A stretch of DNA of 64,000 nucleotides, taken from NCBI GenBank assembly GCA_964247055.1, contig OZ176057.1, positions 4,340,001 to 4,404,000 of the forward strand, given 5' to 3'. A program made the translations under genes and the position numbers. Under the pieces are notes generated by a model that was given only the letters and a program-made list of their open reading frames with translations, was not told the DNA's origin and did no database searches. Origin of the DNA: Paragordius varius (Eukaryota; Animalia; Nematomorpha). Shown here one piece after another: positions 11,815-24,635 of the stretch. Within the stretch, counting starts at the first letter, position 1; every line of letters starts with the position of its first letter.

Positions 11815-12289
11815 GAAGGGTTTCACATATCGTTTATAATTTCTATTTATAATTTCATTTAATTCTATTTAATTATCCTTTATCGTTATATTACGGATTT
11901 TAACACATGTTATTACTAACAAAAATATGTTTATAGCCTTTCTATACAATGCAAATTTGTCTCTTCAAAAATGTAAAAAGTATAAAAATACCTATCTTAA
12001 CCCGTATTTATTAATTACATCGTACATACAGCAGTCAAATAATTGATGAAAAAATTATATATATTTTACCATAAAATTTTTGAATTTAACAAAAAATGTA
12101 ACATTTACTGATTTTGCTGTTTGTTTCATCTTTAAAATTATCTGCTAAAAACTTATTTATAATTATTTCTTTATTTAACACGAGAAGAAGGTTTGATAAT
12201 CTAACTTTACAAAGCAACTTTAAAAAAATAGTTTGTTTATAATAGTCGAAAAAATTAAAATGTAAAATGGTTAAGTCTATGTAAAATAA

Positions 12290-12387
12290 CTAACTATCTA
12301 AAGCATCTATCATTTCTTCTATCGCGGTTTCTGGATCAAAGCCATCATCTATTGGAAACGTATCGTACACTTTAAAGTTTTCTATAT
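12290..12387 (-). other. Candidate terminal coding exon (unverified)
   Basis: TTTAG acceptor, then (D)IENFKVYDTFPIDDGFDPETAIEEMIDALDS*. Locally higher GC and acidic composition; AATAAA about 115 nt downstream. No family recognised. Confidence 0.25.
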
Positions 12388-12968
12388 CTAAATTATTATT
12401 ATGATGTGGTATATAATATAAATTTACACATTTAAATCAAAAATCTATTTAATATATATATATATATATATACCAGGAATCCGACGTTTAACTAAAAACA
12501 TTGATATATTAAAATACATTAGGAGAAAAAAATATTATTGATAATTCCCACCATTAAAAATTAATATAACTTGATAATTTATATACATTATAAGATCCTT
12601 CTAACTAAGAATATGGTGTATAATGACGTTTTGGGAAATGATTGTATGAATTTTTACGACTGTAGACATTGTTAGGCCTTTAGATTGATATTATGTTAGT
12701 AAATAATTTAGCTTTCTTTAAAATCCAATTTTTAAATACATGTACAAAAAAATTGATAATCTTGTGTATAAGAAACATATATCCGTTTTTAACTGTCATT
12801 TAATTATAACTGTAGACCTTTCCATATTTTACGATGCAGAATATAATGGATATGTTAATAAAAATGGTTAGGAATGTAAAAAGCAGTACTCTAAAGGGGC
12901 GGCAGCGACCGGGGCGGGGAAAAAAATTGGAGTAAAAATAAAACTAGATACGTACTGAATGATTTCAG

Positions 12969-13114
12969 GTGCGAATTATCAAGAGTTAATACCGATAGGG
13001 GAAAATAGTTCAGAAAATGCAGATATTGGGATCTCATTGATTGGGATTTATATAATTATTATATATTTTACATTTTTATCTTGGATTCGAAAAAAGGTTG
13101 AAATCAAAGCATAA
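12969..13114 (+). other. Candidate terminal coding exon with a TM-like segment (unverified)
   Basis: TTTCAG acceptor, then (G)ANYQELIPIGENSSENADIGISLIGIYIIIIYFTFLSWIRKKVEIKA*. The hydrophobic run could simply reflect AT richness. Confidence 0.2.
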
Positions 13115-13299
13115 GGTTATTTTACAATTAATCACTGTTCATTTTTTAATTTACCTCATGATAAAACATTTTACAAAAGAATTGAAAGTATTAATTAACT
13201 AATAATATTCACACTTGATTTTTACAATATATAAGTTTAAACTCTTTTATCTAAAGCTTCGTCTTTATTTCACATAATTAAAAATATTATGAAGGAAGG

Positions 13300-15070
13300 T
13301 CATAAATTTAAATGGTTTAATGAGATTTAGGGATATATTTTTTTTATGCAGCATTTTTTTAAAAGGAAATTGCTTGATCACAAATTAAAACTACTTTCAT
13401 CATGTATGATTTTGTAGCCTTTTTTAATCTTTTTACTCGTAAGAAATGAGGGCATATCGCCATAGAAGTCTGTCTAGCATAATTACGATTAATTTGCAGT
13501 TCTTTTTGTCCATTTATTGCGTTTTTAAACGTATAATCTTCGTATTTAATTATATATGATTTTTTTGCTGCAATCAATAGAGTTCAATGCCAATACCATC
13601 GTATTCTATTTGTCATATTCCCAATAAACTTGTGATCTAACCTCCCTTTCATTAATATATTTCTTATTATTGCACATATCATTATAATCTTATCCATTCC
13701 TGTAACTATAAATGGTCTTTTTTGGGTTTTTTGACGCCCCGCATCTGTGAGTTTTACATCATTCTGGGATTTTGTCATTTTTCTAATATCAATTATTTAA
13801 CAACCGTATCATCACGAATAAATTTATCCTTAATTCTCTTCTTTCTTTTAAATCATTTTTATTACAATAAAAAAGTTTTTTTTTTATTTTTGACGCCCCG
13901 CATCTATGAGCCATACATCATTGGTGATAATTATTTTTCACTTTAATATGTACAACATTGAAATATTCTTTCAAATTACCCCAAGTTTTCTATCATTATT
14001 TAAAAATTAAACCTAGGTTTAACATGAAATATTGTTTATTTATCCTGCAGTACCTAGCATTAACCAGTAGGGTTGTGCTGACCAAGTCATGACCCATTAA
14101 TTCCCTTCACGACCAGATTCATTCATATAAAAACAACAATGATTTAAGGTGACACACTTTTTGGAAAAATACTTTAGTCCTTTTAAAGTGCATATTTTCA
14201 ATTGTAGAGAATCTTGCAAATAGTTTTGCTGATTCCTAAAAAACGCTTTTATATGTTGAGCCAATAACGTGCATCTTATTTTACTTTATTCAAATCAATC
14301 TTCTAACGGCATATAAAGGTTTGATATTTTTTTTTCAAAAACCAAATTTTTCCACTATAGTTATATTTATGTAATCCATTTTCATATATACGTAAAACGA
14401 TTTTATCAGCCTCATTTTAAATTTTAATGGATCTGATCATATTACAAAAGTGCATAACACTTTGTTCTTACAACAATCAATAATTATTTCGTCCAGCATT
14501 TATTGTCATTCCTATCCAAATAGATTGTATTTGTGTAATATCATAAGATTCATCGGTGACCAATAAAAGTGTTTGGCTTAGTCCTTTGAAAAAATAATTA
14601 CATCTTTTTGTGTTTCTACTTTTTTGCAGAATAGTTGTTCATTAAATCCTTGATTGCAGTGTTACCAATGCATCCTGGGTCTTTTGATGTGTATTTTTTT
14701 ACAATTAGTTTACTACATTATTCCATGCCTTAAATTATGGATCAATTTATCTGCATTTTTAATAACTCTTCTTGTGAGTTGTTTATTCATTTATCATCAT
14801 TTCTATTTGGATATCCCACAAACTGTTTTTAATATTGGCAACAAATACTCACCATTTAAAGCGCCATATATACCTTTTCTAATAATTTATTTCAAAACAT
14901 AATGTGGTTAATTCATTTTCTCTTTCTGTAACAAAATTTTATCTTACTTTTTAAGCAAATATAGTTTAAAACGTTTCTTGTGATTAATATTGTAAAATTG
15001 TTATTATTAAAATTAATTGCTTCCTCATTTTTGTCTCTATAACAATCCCAGTTCCATATTCAAAATATTT
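13300..15070 (-). pseudogene. Possible highly decayed transposase-like coding relic, family unresolved
   Basis: Higher-complexity sequence with broken frames. Fragments GH..WSAQP..AG and twice NDV(W/K)L(I/T)DAGRQK, from a direct repeat at about 13730 and 13890. Confidence 0.25.
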
Positions 15071-15479
15071 ATATTCCAACCAAAATAACTAGTAATATCA
15101 CAAACATCTAAATTTGTTTGCTAAATGGATCTTATATTATTTTTAGGATTTTAGCAACCCTAAATGACCTTAAATACTTTACATTGTATAATATTTTGAA
15201 TCTATAAATAATTATAATAACCACTTCGGACCAATTTCCTAGCCAAAAAATTTACCAATTACACCTCAAATTCGTCCTTGACAAATCCCTTAAACAATTT
15301 AAATTTACCCCCGATCAATTCAAATTCCTAAAATATGTTTTTTGTAAGATTTAAAATAAGCTCTATTTTTTTAATTTTAAAAATATGATTTTGTTAAAAA
15401 TCAATATAATACTGAAATTAACGATAAAGATAAATTTTATATGAATAATGAGTAATCCGAAAACACACGTATTTTAAGG

Positions 15480-17485
15480 CAGCGCTTCTTAAACTTTTGT
15501 AACTCCCGCACCCATTATGATAGCGAGTTTTTTAAAGACCCCAACAATTCGAAAAACTCTTAGAAATTTTTACGATAATATTTATCAAGATTATTTCGGT
15601 TTTAGGAAATTGACAAATATAAATCTACATTTTTTTAAATTTCTGCAACATCTTCTGATTCATAGTAAATTTATACAAGATATTATAATGATCGGTGGTC
15701 TTTTGGAAAGTATGATACCATACAAATCCCCCAGAAATGTGTTCTGAACTCGTATGGCTTCTTAATTTTAAAAATTTCCTCCAAAACACGCCATTTTTGT
15801 ATGACCGCTAGACACCAACCCATAGACCAATATTATATATTGGTGCAGTTTTTGGCGGGTAGCTAACACAGGGGCAGTTATAAAAAAGCGCTGGGTGAAA
15901 TTTTGTCTTTATATGGGGAATATCTGGAATTATCATGGATTTCATATGTTCCTAATATAGATATTCTGAAATTTGGCTCCCAAGGCATGCTAATTCGTTA
16001 TGGTGTCGCCGCGAGCCTTCTAACCGGGATGAAACAAACAACGCCTGATTAATTTTTGCCATAATTCGGGTAGTACCTGGAATCTGATTGATTCCATATG
16101 CACAGTGGTGCCCCAAAACCAAAATGTCATTCTATAGTGGATTTTTCAGGGCAAGGGCTTAATTAAGGGGTAATTGAATTTAACCTCTCTACTCAAATTT
16201 TTGCTTTTTTAGGGTTTTATTTCAAGCCCTTATAGAACTCATATGGCATGATAGGTTTTCTAAACTTTGCCTCCAGAGTCATGTTGTATAGATATGGTGG
16301 TGTAGTTGTAGGCGGGTAACCCTCTACCCAGAAGTCTTCATAAAAAATTTTGCTTATACAGGGAAAAACCTGTCATAAAACAATCCATACGTTCTTGATA
16401 TTTTTGGAAAAATGGCTTTAAAATATAATAGTTCAAAGATAGCGCATTTTTAGGGGGTAAAAGGCCTAATTAACAGCTAATTTGAAAAAACCGCTAGACT
16501 TAAATTTTGTTTTTACGGGTAATATTTTAATATTGAATTTATATGGCCTGATAAGTTGTCTGAAAATTAACTCCTAAACAACGCAATTTCCATATGATGA
16601 CGCAGTTTTAGGCGGGTAGCTCCTTACCCAAAGGCTGATACAAAAAAGCTAATTAAAATATTTGCCTTTTACGGAGAATACCTGGGATTCATATTTGATT
16701 CCATCTCTCATTTGCCTTAAAACTAAAAAAATCATTCTATAGTGGTGTATTTTTCAGGGCGTGAAGGGCCAAATTGACGGATAATTTTAAAAAATCGTAT
16801 TACCTAAATTTTTGCCTTGTTATAAATAATATTTTCAGCACATATTAATCTTATATGGCCTAATAGGTTCTGAAATTTAGCCCAAAGGCACGCTATTTTC
16901 ATACTACGGGGCAGTCTTTAGCGGGTTTTAGCAGCCAATATAAAAAACGCTCGACTAATATATTTTTTAATATGAAATACCTCGAATTCTCCCAGTTTTT
17001 AGGGTCTTATGCCTTGGGTAAAAAATAGATTCAAAAAATTGTTTTTGTAGACTTAGGTTTTCAAAAAAGGGGAATTTAGGGGGGAGCGGGAGAGAGGGAA
17101 AATCAAAAAAGCAAGCCGACTATGTTCGAAATTAAGAATAAATATAAAAGAATTTTATTTGAAATCGAATGGTCCAACATGTTTTCAGAAAGTTTTAAAC
17201 ACACGATTTTTGTTGACTTCTGTTTTCAAAAACCCGTTTTTTACACGGGATGGGGAACTGGAGGCCTAATTCAAAAAAGGACTAATCTATTGTCGGGGCA
17301 TTCGTTAATGATATTTTTTCGACATTTGGATTTGAATAAGTCTAAAGGTTTTTTGGAAACAGATCACACCACATTTTTTATTTTTAAAATTATATAGATT
17401 TTTCAAGTTAAAAAACATTTTTATATTTTAATTTTATCACTCGCGACCCCAATAGGGGTCACGACCCATAGTCTTTGAAGCCCTG
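15480..17485. mobile_element. hAT (Charlie-like) MITE hosting a Helitron
   Basis: Ends CAGCGCTTCTTAAACT / AGTCTTTGAAGCCCTG with subterminal GGGGTCACGACCC. 8-bp flanks TTTTAAGG / TTTTAAAG. Confidence 0.7.
15745..17398 (-). mobile_element. Non-autonomous Helitron with internal GC-richer tandem repeats (3' end not located)
   Basis: The minus strand begins A|TCTATATAATTTT at 17398, and 16900-17398 is a diverged reverse complement of 53887-54420. A GCGGGTAGC-type motif recurs every 200-300 bp. Left boundary approximate. Confidence 0.7.
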
Positions 17486-19436
17486 TTTTAAAGTGATCGA
17501 ATTGTTCGGGGTGAATTTAAAATAATAAAGGGTACATTAGAATTTTATATGGTTTATATTTTGTTTTAAGGTACTTGTAATTTCCACATTAACAAGGCTT
17601 AACGCCTTTAAGTTTATATGTTTTTTTTAACATTTATTTTACTTAAATACAATTATCCTATGGTAGAACATATATATTAGCGAAACACAAGATCACATTT
17701 CCCTACAATTCTCATAATTAGCTAATATGTTAAAATCTCAGCTAGCCAAACAACATTCTATTTTATAAAACATTATTACGAATAGGGTGAAAGGTTTCTT
17801 TATATAAACTTGATGTTAATCTGAAAATAATAGCATCAAAATATAAAAATAATGTTTTTTAATATTAATGTTAAATGTAGATTTTATTAATGATTAACTT
17901 TTTTTAGCATTATAGTAGAAAAAAGCCTGCTATTTTGCAAAAATATAGTAATAAAATGGCGTTAAATGGGTTTATTCGTAGCTTTTTTAAATTTTAATTA
18001 AAAATTGTTCTAAGTAGTTTTAAAATATATAGTTTGAATATGGTTTCGGATCGCTATTATCAATTTAAATCAAAAATATGTAAATGAATTAACGTAATAA
18101 ACGAAGGGAATGGAAAAATATTATCGTACCGAGTATTAATAGGATATTGAATAATTTGAATAAAAACTTTTAAATATTTTTTAAACTTCATATTACCAAA
18201 CCATCCAACCCGATAGTAATATAAAAATAATTTAAAACTATAAACCACATTTTTATACCAGTCAAAGTCAAAAAAGGGCGTAGGCTATTATATAAAACGA
18301 TGGGAACACAAATTTTAAGCATAAAATATTTTTTTATTACTAACTATTTTAATATATACATATAATATATATATATATATTCATTTTACTATTACAACTA
18401 TTTATTTATCCAGGCCTTTGTTAATAGATCAAAAGTTATTTGGAGTATTTCGAAATTTGTGTTGCACACTGTGTAGTACAAGAATGGCCACATGCGTCCC
18501 GCCAAAACTTTTGAGAAATAATATTTTGCAAAATTTTTATCATAAAATTTTAGAAATATTACAGTATGCATTTTGATGTTTGCTTATTTCACACTATAGC
18601 AGGGCAATTATCAACACAGGAGTGTATGGAAAAAAGACAGGAAATTTGTTTATTCAACATTTTGTTGTTTTTTTCACCATAGACTACTGTTTTGCAAATT
18701 TTATTATATAGTTATAAAAATGCATAATATTTTCTTATACAAATTTTATAAATAAGTCTATCTATTTGCAAACTAAAATAATTCGTTTATTGTGTTTTTA
18801 TTATTTAATCTTATGTTTATGATGGCCAATAATATATATATCTATATATCTAATGCATTCAAGGCCTAGAACCGATTTTTGTTGGGCACCCCTTAAAATA
18901 TCATACATTATTGGAAATATATCGTGTAAAATATAGAATATCCTTGGTATGACGGAATATTAAATAGGTTTTATTAATCATATTTAAGGAATATTCAATT
19001 TATTCATATTTAAAGCAGCCCGTTAAAATAATAACATTTATATATGATATAAAGTTACCTCGACGATTAGATCTATTGTCAAATCTAAAGAATTTGGTTG
19101 CTGTGCCATTTCTTATGAACAAAGTGTAAAAAAATCGACCTTTAACAGAAAAAAAGTTAATTAACACTACTATATAGATATATTTGCTTAAAAAAACGGA
19201 TAATATAAATTATAATATACCATTTATATCATGGCGTGTCAAAACAGCTTTTGTTATAATTCCTGGGAGAGATTCGTTTGTATTTAAACTAGAAATCAAT
19301 CGTTTTCGCCCATAATCTATTAATAATTGTACAGAAATGAATAGTCTAGTTACCTTGTTACATTAATATTATATCAACTTTAATAGAGTTAGTCATTGTT
19401 TAAAGTATTATAATTTTTTTAGTCAGTCATTAAATA

Positions 19437-19747
19437 TACCATTTACACCTCAAATTCACCCTCGAACAATTCTAATTTGCCTTCAGGCGATTCGAATTCA
19501 CCCTGGAACAATTTAAATTTACCCTAAAAATTATTTTCGGGCTAATATAATCATTAATATATATCTTTATACCACAATTTATAATTTCATCTATATATTA
19601 TTTTAAACGAAGGTAATTTTTTTTAAAATAATAAAGTATATTTTAAAATATATGATTACCTATGATTTATTTTAGGGGAAGGTGAATCGAATGGTACAAA
19701 GGGAAGATAAATAATTGTTTAAGGGTTATTTTGAAGTGTAAATGGTA
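19437..19747. mobile_element. Family-A MITE
   Basis: TA|TACCATTTACACCTCAAATTCACCC ... GAAGTGTAAATGGTA, with 21-bp repeats in the arms. Confidence 0.8.
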
Positions 19748-21969
19748 TTTATAATCAACAAACATATTATATAAGTACAATTTTAACTGTTAACTGATAT
19801 ATATTGGGAAATAACCCTAATAATTGCTGATTATCATATGTATTATAATACTGGAGTTTACTTGAAGCCGGCTCCTACATGTAAACCTACTAATAATTTG
19901 CAAGTTTCCAAAAATAATTTTGGAAATTAATTGATTTTATTTTTTATGAGAAATTTTTTGAACACTGTAGTATATAATCATGTTCAATTTATAATAACTA
20001 TAATATTTTACTTCAATCTAGTCCGGATACAAAAGTACAAAAATGGAACTAAACTGTAACGATTCAAATAATTATTTTCATCTCGGATTTAATTGGTATT
20101 GTCTGATACGATATTGGTTAATGACCTTTTTTAATGGCTTTAATTAATTTTTAGGTGGTAAAAATAATATAGCTATAAAATGAGTCCTATCTAAAAGCCA
20201 TTTTTATATATAAAGCATATTATTAAGTATAAAAAAAGAGTATATTAATTAAAAAATTCATTACACAACCGGTTTAGTACATTCTCAGTTCTTCAAATTC
20301 AAAATCATCATCGATCAAAAAGCGATTATAAAAAAATCTCGGATTTTTATTTGAACACAAAGTTAAAATTTGCATGGAACCTTAATTGCTATAGTTACAC
20401 ATTTACGCCTAAATCATTAATTTAAAATTTTTTAAAATTAATAAAAATAAAACGATGGAAATTTTTGATGTTTATTTATAGTTTCAGCTTTTAAACAGTT
20501 ATACAATCTAACTTTTTTCCCTAACCCGGCTCAATCTTATCACTGGGTTTGCATATGAATGAAACCATTCTACTCGAGTTTTTTGAAATTTTTGACGTTT
20601 AATTTTATAAATTTAAATTATAACTCTTTTATGATTATGCGCCCTTTTTATCAAAATTTAAAAAAATGTTTTTTTTGAAAATATACAACAAATGTCTATT
20701 ATTAATATATTGTTCGAAAGAGTGATAACTATATGAAATGTATCCTAATATGTTATACATCGATAGTTAATATTAGACATAAGCGTCAAACCCGCCAAGC
20801 GAGAGCGCTTTTTAATATATTAAAATTTATATATGAATAGCTCAAAAATTGTGTAGATGTCAATGAACTAAGATCACAAAAGAAAATTTTGTTACACTTA
20901 ATTTTTGCTTTAAGGTCATTCCCCAAAGCCATAAACTTTTTGTTTTTTAAAAAAATTAATTAACGTCATATCAATATTAATTATTTTCTGAAGAAGGTTT
21001 ATTCCAAAATTTTACAGACTGTAACCATACTTTAAGGTATTCGATCTTTTATAACCATTATATAATAAATTTATATAACGATGTAAGTTTTCACTAAAAA
21101 TAATTATGATAATAATAATTTTTATTTATAAAGCAAACCATTTACAAAGATTTTTTATGATTTTATACCAATGTAACCCTACTAATTATATTAAAATAAT
21201 TTATGTGTAAATTAAATTTTGAGTTATTTGAGATTTGAAGTTTGACCAATAAACCATAGATTGATTTAAATAACCAGCTACCATTCGAAAGATGGAGTTT
21301 CGGCTCTTTGGAATAACATAAAATACATGGTTCTATGTCAAAAGCTTTTAATGGAAAATATCAAGTTTAATGTTACGGTATCAAATATTATCGATAATAC
21401 CTAATATAAAAATACTTAGGGGTTAGACCAAGTCGTTTTACAGATATACTATTTATGTACTTTAAATTAAGGTGACCAAACCTCCCGCTTTTTCACACTT
21501 ACGTTTTTAAAATATACCGCTTTTTCACGATTATATAAAAAAAATTTTTTTAATACAAATAAAGTTTTTTTATCCGTTTAAATTTTTTATCATTAAATAT
21601 CTTTAAAATCTATATAAATTTTAAACTAAAATTTTTTCTTTTTTAATAAAAATATTTTTTTTCGAATTTATATCATATGATTATACACTTCCTTCCTACT
21701 ACTGTCATCATTATCAAAAAGACAAATTTTACCATAAATCGGTACCTTACACGTTTATTCCAGAAATTTAAGGTAACATAATATTTATACCAATTTTTTG
21801 GTTTTATTACTTCCCAACATTAGCCAAATTAATACCACAAATCGATAGATTATAAGACAATTGATACCACAAATCGGTACCTTACACGTTTATTCCAGAA
21901 AATTAAGGTAATATAATATTTATACTAATAGTTGTTTATAAGTATGAGCACAAAGTTGTTACAACGATG

Positions 21970-23775
21970 AATTAATGAAAGATTTTCCTTTTATCAAAAA
22001 AACGAAGAATGAATCATCTGTTAAATGTCTTATATGCGAGGGGAATTCACCCTAGCACCTAGCGGCAAGCATGATATTACAAAGCATATGGAAACACAGA
22101 AACATATAAAATGTATAGATATGGAGGCATCATTTTACAAAATAAGCGATTTATATCGAAAAACCGCTTTTGGATAGGAAGAAAAGAATTTGGCACTGGC
22201 TGAGGGCGTGTTATCTTTCACGCCGTTAATCACAATCATTCCTTTAGATCTATGGACTGTACCTCACAGGTTATTCGCACGTTATTCCATAAAAAATTCA
22301 CATGTGCTCGTACAAAGGCTGAAGCCATTGTGTGCAATGTCCTTTCGCCACATGCATTTTCTGAAATACAAAAAGATTTGCTGAAAATTAATTTCTTATC
22401 CCTAAATTATGCATCAAATCACCATGAAACAAAATTACTTTAATTAAGATATTTTGATTCAGAAACCGGAATAAAAATTAAAATTCTAGATTTAATTTAT
22501 CTACTCGGTGAAAATTCCGAAATAATATTTACTTCAATAATGCATATTCTAAAAAAATAATTTAAAAGACAAAATTATCGCATGTTGAGCTGACAACACG
22601 AACTTTCTTAGAAAAACAAGGAGGGGAACAAAAAATATTTTTCACAAATTAACAAAGAATCTTAATCAAAACATTATTGGCGTTGGGTGTGCACAACGCT
22701 ATTCAAACAGCTGCTGATTTGTTACCCCTAGATGTGGAAAATGTAGTTGTTAAAATATATTCCTATTTTTATATATACACGGTACGTGTTGAAACGCTTA
22801 AAGAATTCTGTGAAAATGCAAAAGTTCAATATCAAAAAATGCTTGGATATTAAACTCGTAGGTAAGCTTTTATGCCAGCTATCGAAAGAATTTTAAAAAT
22901 GTATGATCCTTTAAAATATTTTTTTATCACAGGACAAATGTCATACAACTTTAAAAAAATTTTTTGAAAGTGATTCTTCAAAAATATGGTTAGAATTCTT
23001 ACATAATCAAGGTTCTCTCTTTCAAAATGATATTAAATTAATAGAAGGTGACAAAATTTCGGCAATCGGAGTAGCCAATGAAGTTAGTAAACTAAAATTC
23101 CAATGTCAAGAACGGTTAAAAATGATTTTATACCATTAACCATCCGCAATATAATGATTTAGAAAAACAAGGCTTAATAATGGCCAAGATATCCTGTACC
23201 ATATAAAAATATTTTATACAAACTATAAAGATTATTTGGAGACTGGACATCGCAATTTAATGAAATTGATCATTTTCATTGGATAACATTAAAATCAGAT
23301 TTAATTGGTGCGATGTTTAAAAATCATTTGATTATATCTGCTCCCAAAAATTTTCAAAAAATAATCTTTCAGAAAATGATCTTTTTTCTGAAATATCATT
23401 AGTTTAAAGATATATTAATAATGAAAAACTTATGTGGACAAAAGAAAAATATACAGCAGAAAAGAAATGGTTGGAAATATTTTATCATTTTGAAGCCAAT
23501 ATTTCATACAATAATATTTTAAAAATTGTGGAATTCGCACTATCTTTACCTGGAACTAACGCTGCTACTGAGCGCGTTTTTTTCCACAGTAAATCAGGTG
23601 TCAGCATCGGAAAAATCAAATTTAAATGAAATCAAATTTAAATGTTGAAACTTTTAAGGCCAGTTTATCTGTCAAATAAATTTGACGAATTCTTGTGAAG
23701 ACTTCTACAAATTTATAATAAATGATGACAATCTGCTAAAACGCATTAACTCAAACAAAAAATATACCGAAGAAT
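21970..23775 (+). pseudogene. hAT transposase pseudogene
   Basis: Fragments: zinc-finger-like N-terminus, MDCTSQVIRTLFHKKFTCARTKAEAIVCNVLSPHA, DASNHH, and the dimerisation region FALSLPGTNAATERVF. Many frameshifts and stops. Confidence 0.9.
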
Positions 23776-24189
23776 AAAATATTTTCTTTAAAGTTTTTAT
23801 GTTACAAAATAAACAAAATTACTTAAAATATTGTATAAGTCTCATAATTTGTCAAATTATATTTGAACACATAAAATTGCTTTTATTCAACATTTAAATT
23901 TGATTCCGTGTCCTTACTTAATTTACTGTGGAAAAACGCGTCCAATAGCAGTGGTTCAGGTAAAGATAATAATTCTACAATTAAAATATTATTGTATGGA
24001 ACATAATTTGTTTTAAAATGATTATTTTAACCATTTCTATCCTACGTATTTTTTTCTGTTGTCCATAATATAAGTTTTCCTTCAATATATTTATTTAATA
24101 ATGAGACTTCATAAAAAAGTGTCATTGTCCACCGTCTTGTCTTCCATATAATCGTTCCTGTTTGTATAAAACTATTTATAATTTGGCTA

Positions 24190-24635
24190 TTCACTGAGCC
24201 TTGTTTTTCTGGATGCTTTATTGCGATTAGGTAATGGTATAAAATTATTTTCTAACTTTTTTGACTTGGAATTTCGACATTTGTCCTGTGATAAAAAATA
24301 GGATTCTAGTTGATCACATTTTTACAAATATTTCAATCGCTGGCAAAAGAGCTAACCACAGTTCTACAATATCCAAGCATTTTAACATCTATATTTTCCA
24401 CATCCAGGGGTAACAAATCAGTAGCTGTTAGAATAGCATTGTTTATCTGCCAATAAGGTTTTGATTAAGATTATTCGCTAAATTGTTAAAAATATTTTTT
24501 GTGCCGCTTCTTTTATCACCCAGCGCACTTTGTGATGATTTCGTCTTTATTATTTTTTTATTAAATATTACAATCACTTCACCCTTTGTTCGTGCACATG
24601 TAAATTTATTGAATAAGGTAGAAACAACCTGTAAG
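24190..24635 (-). pseudogene. Inverted, multiply deleted fragment of the same hAT transposase
   Basis: Minus strand gives QVVSTLFNKFTCARTKGEVIV and NLANNLNQNLIG. Lies directly before the right end of the element. Confidence 0.8.

Larger units (their letters stand above)
10831..11915. mobile_element. Non-coding Penelope-like/retrozyme-type element, family 1: an inverted unit plus 1.5 tandem 450-bp units, with three hammerheads
   Basis: 10827-11240 is the reverse complement of the unit; 11241-11915 is a direct tandem with period 450 (TCAAATAGTT at 11301 and 11751). Flanked by the direct repeat CTAACAAAAATAT at 10818-10830 and 11916-11928. Confidence 0.85.
15253..17554. mobile_element. Family-A MITE expanded by nested insertions
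   Basis: Left arm and centre at 15253-15479 and right arm at 17486-17554 join into a sequence colinear with the family-A copy at 26889-27194. Confidence 0.7.
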
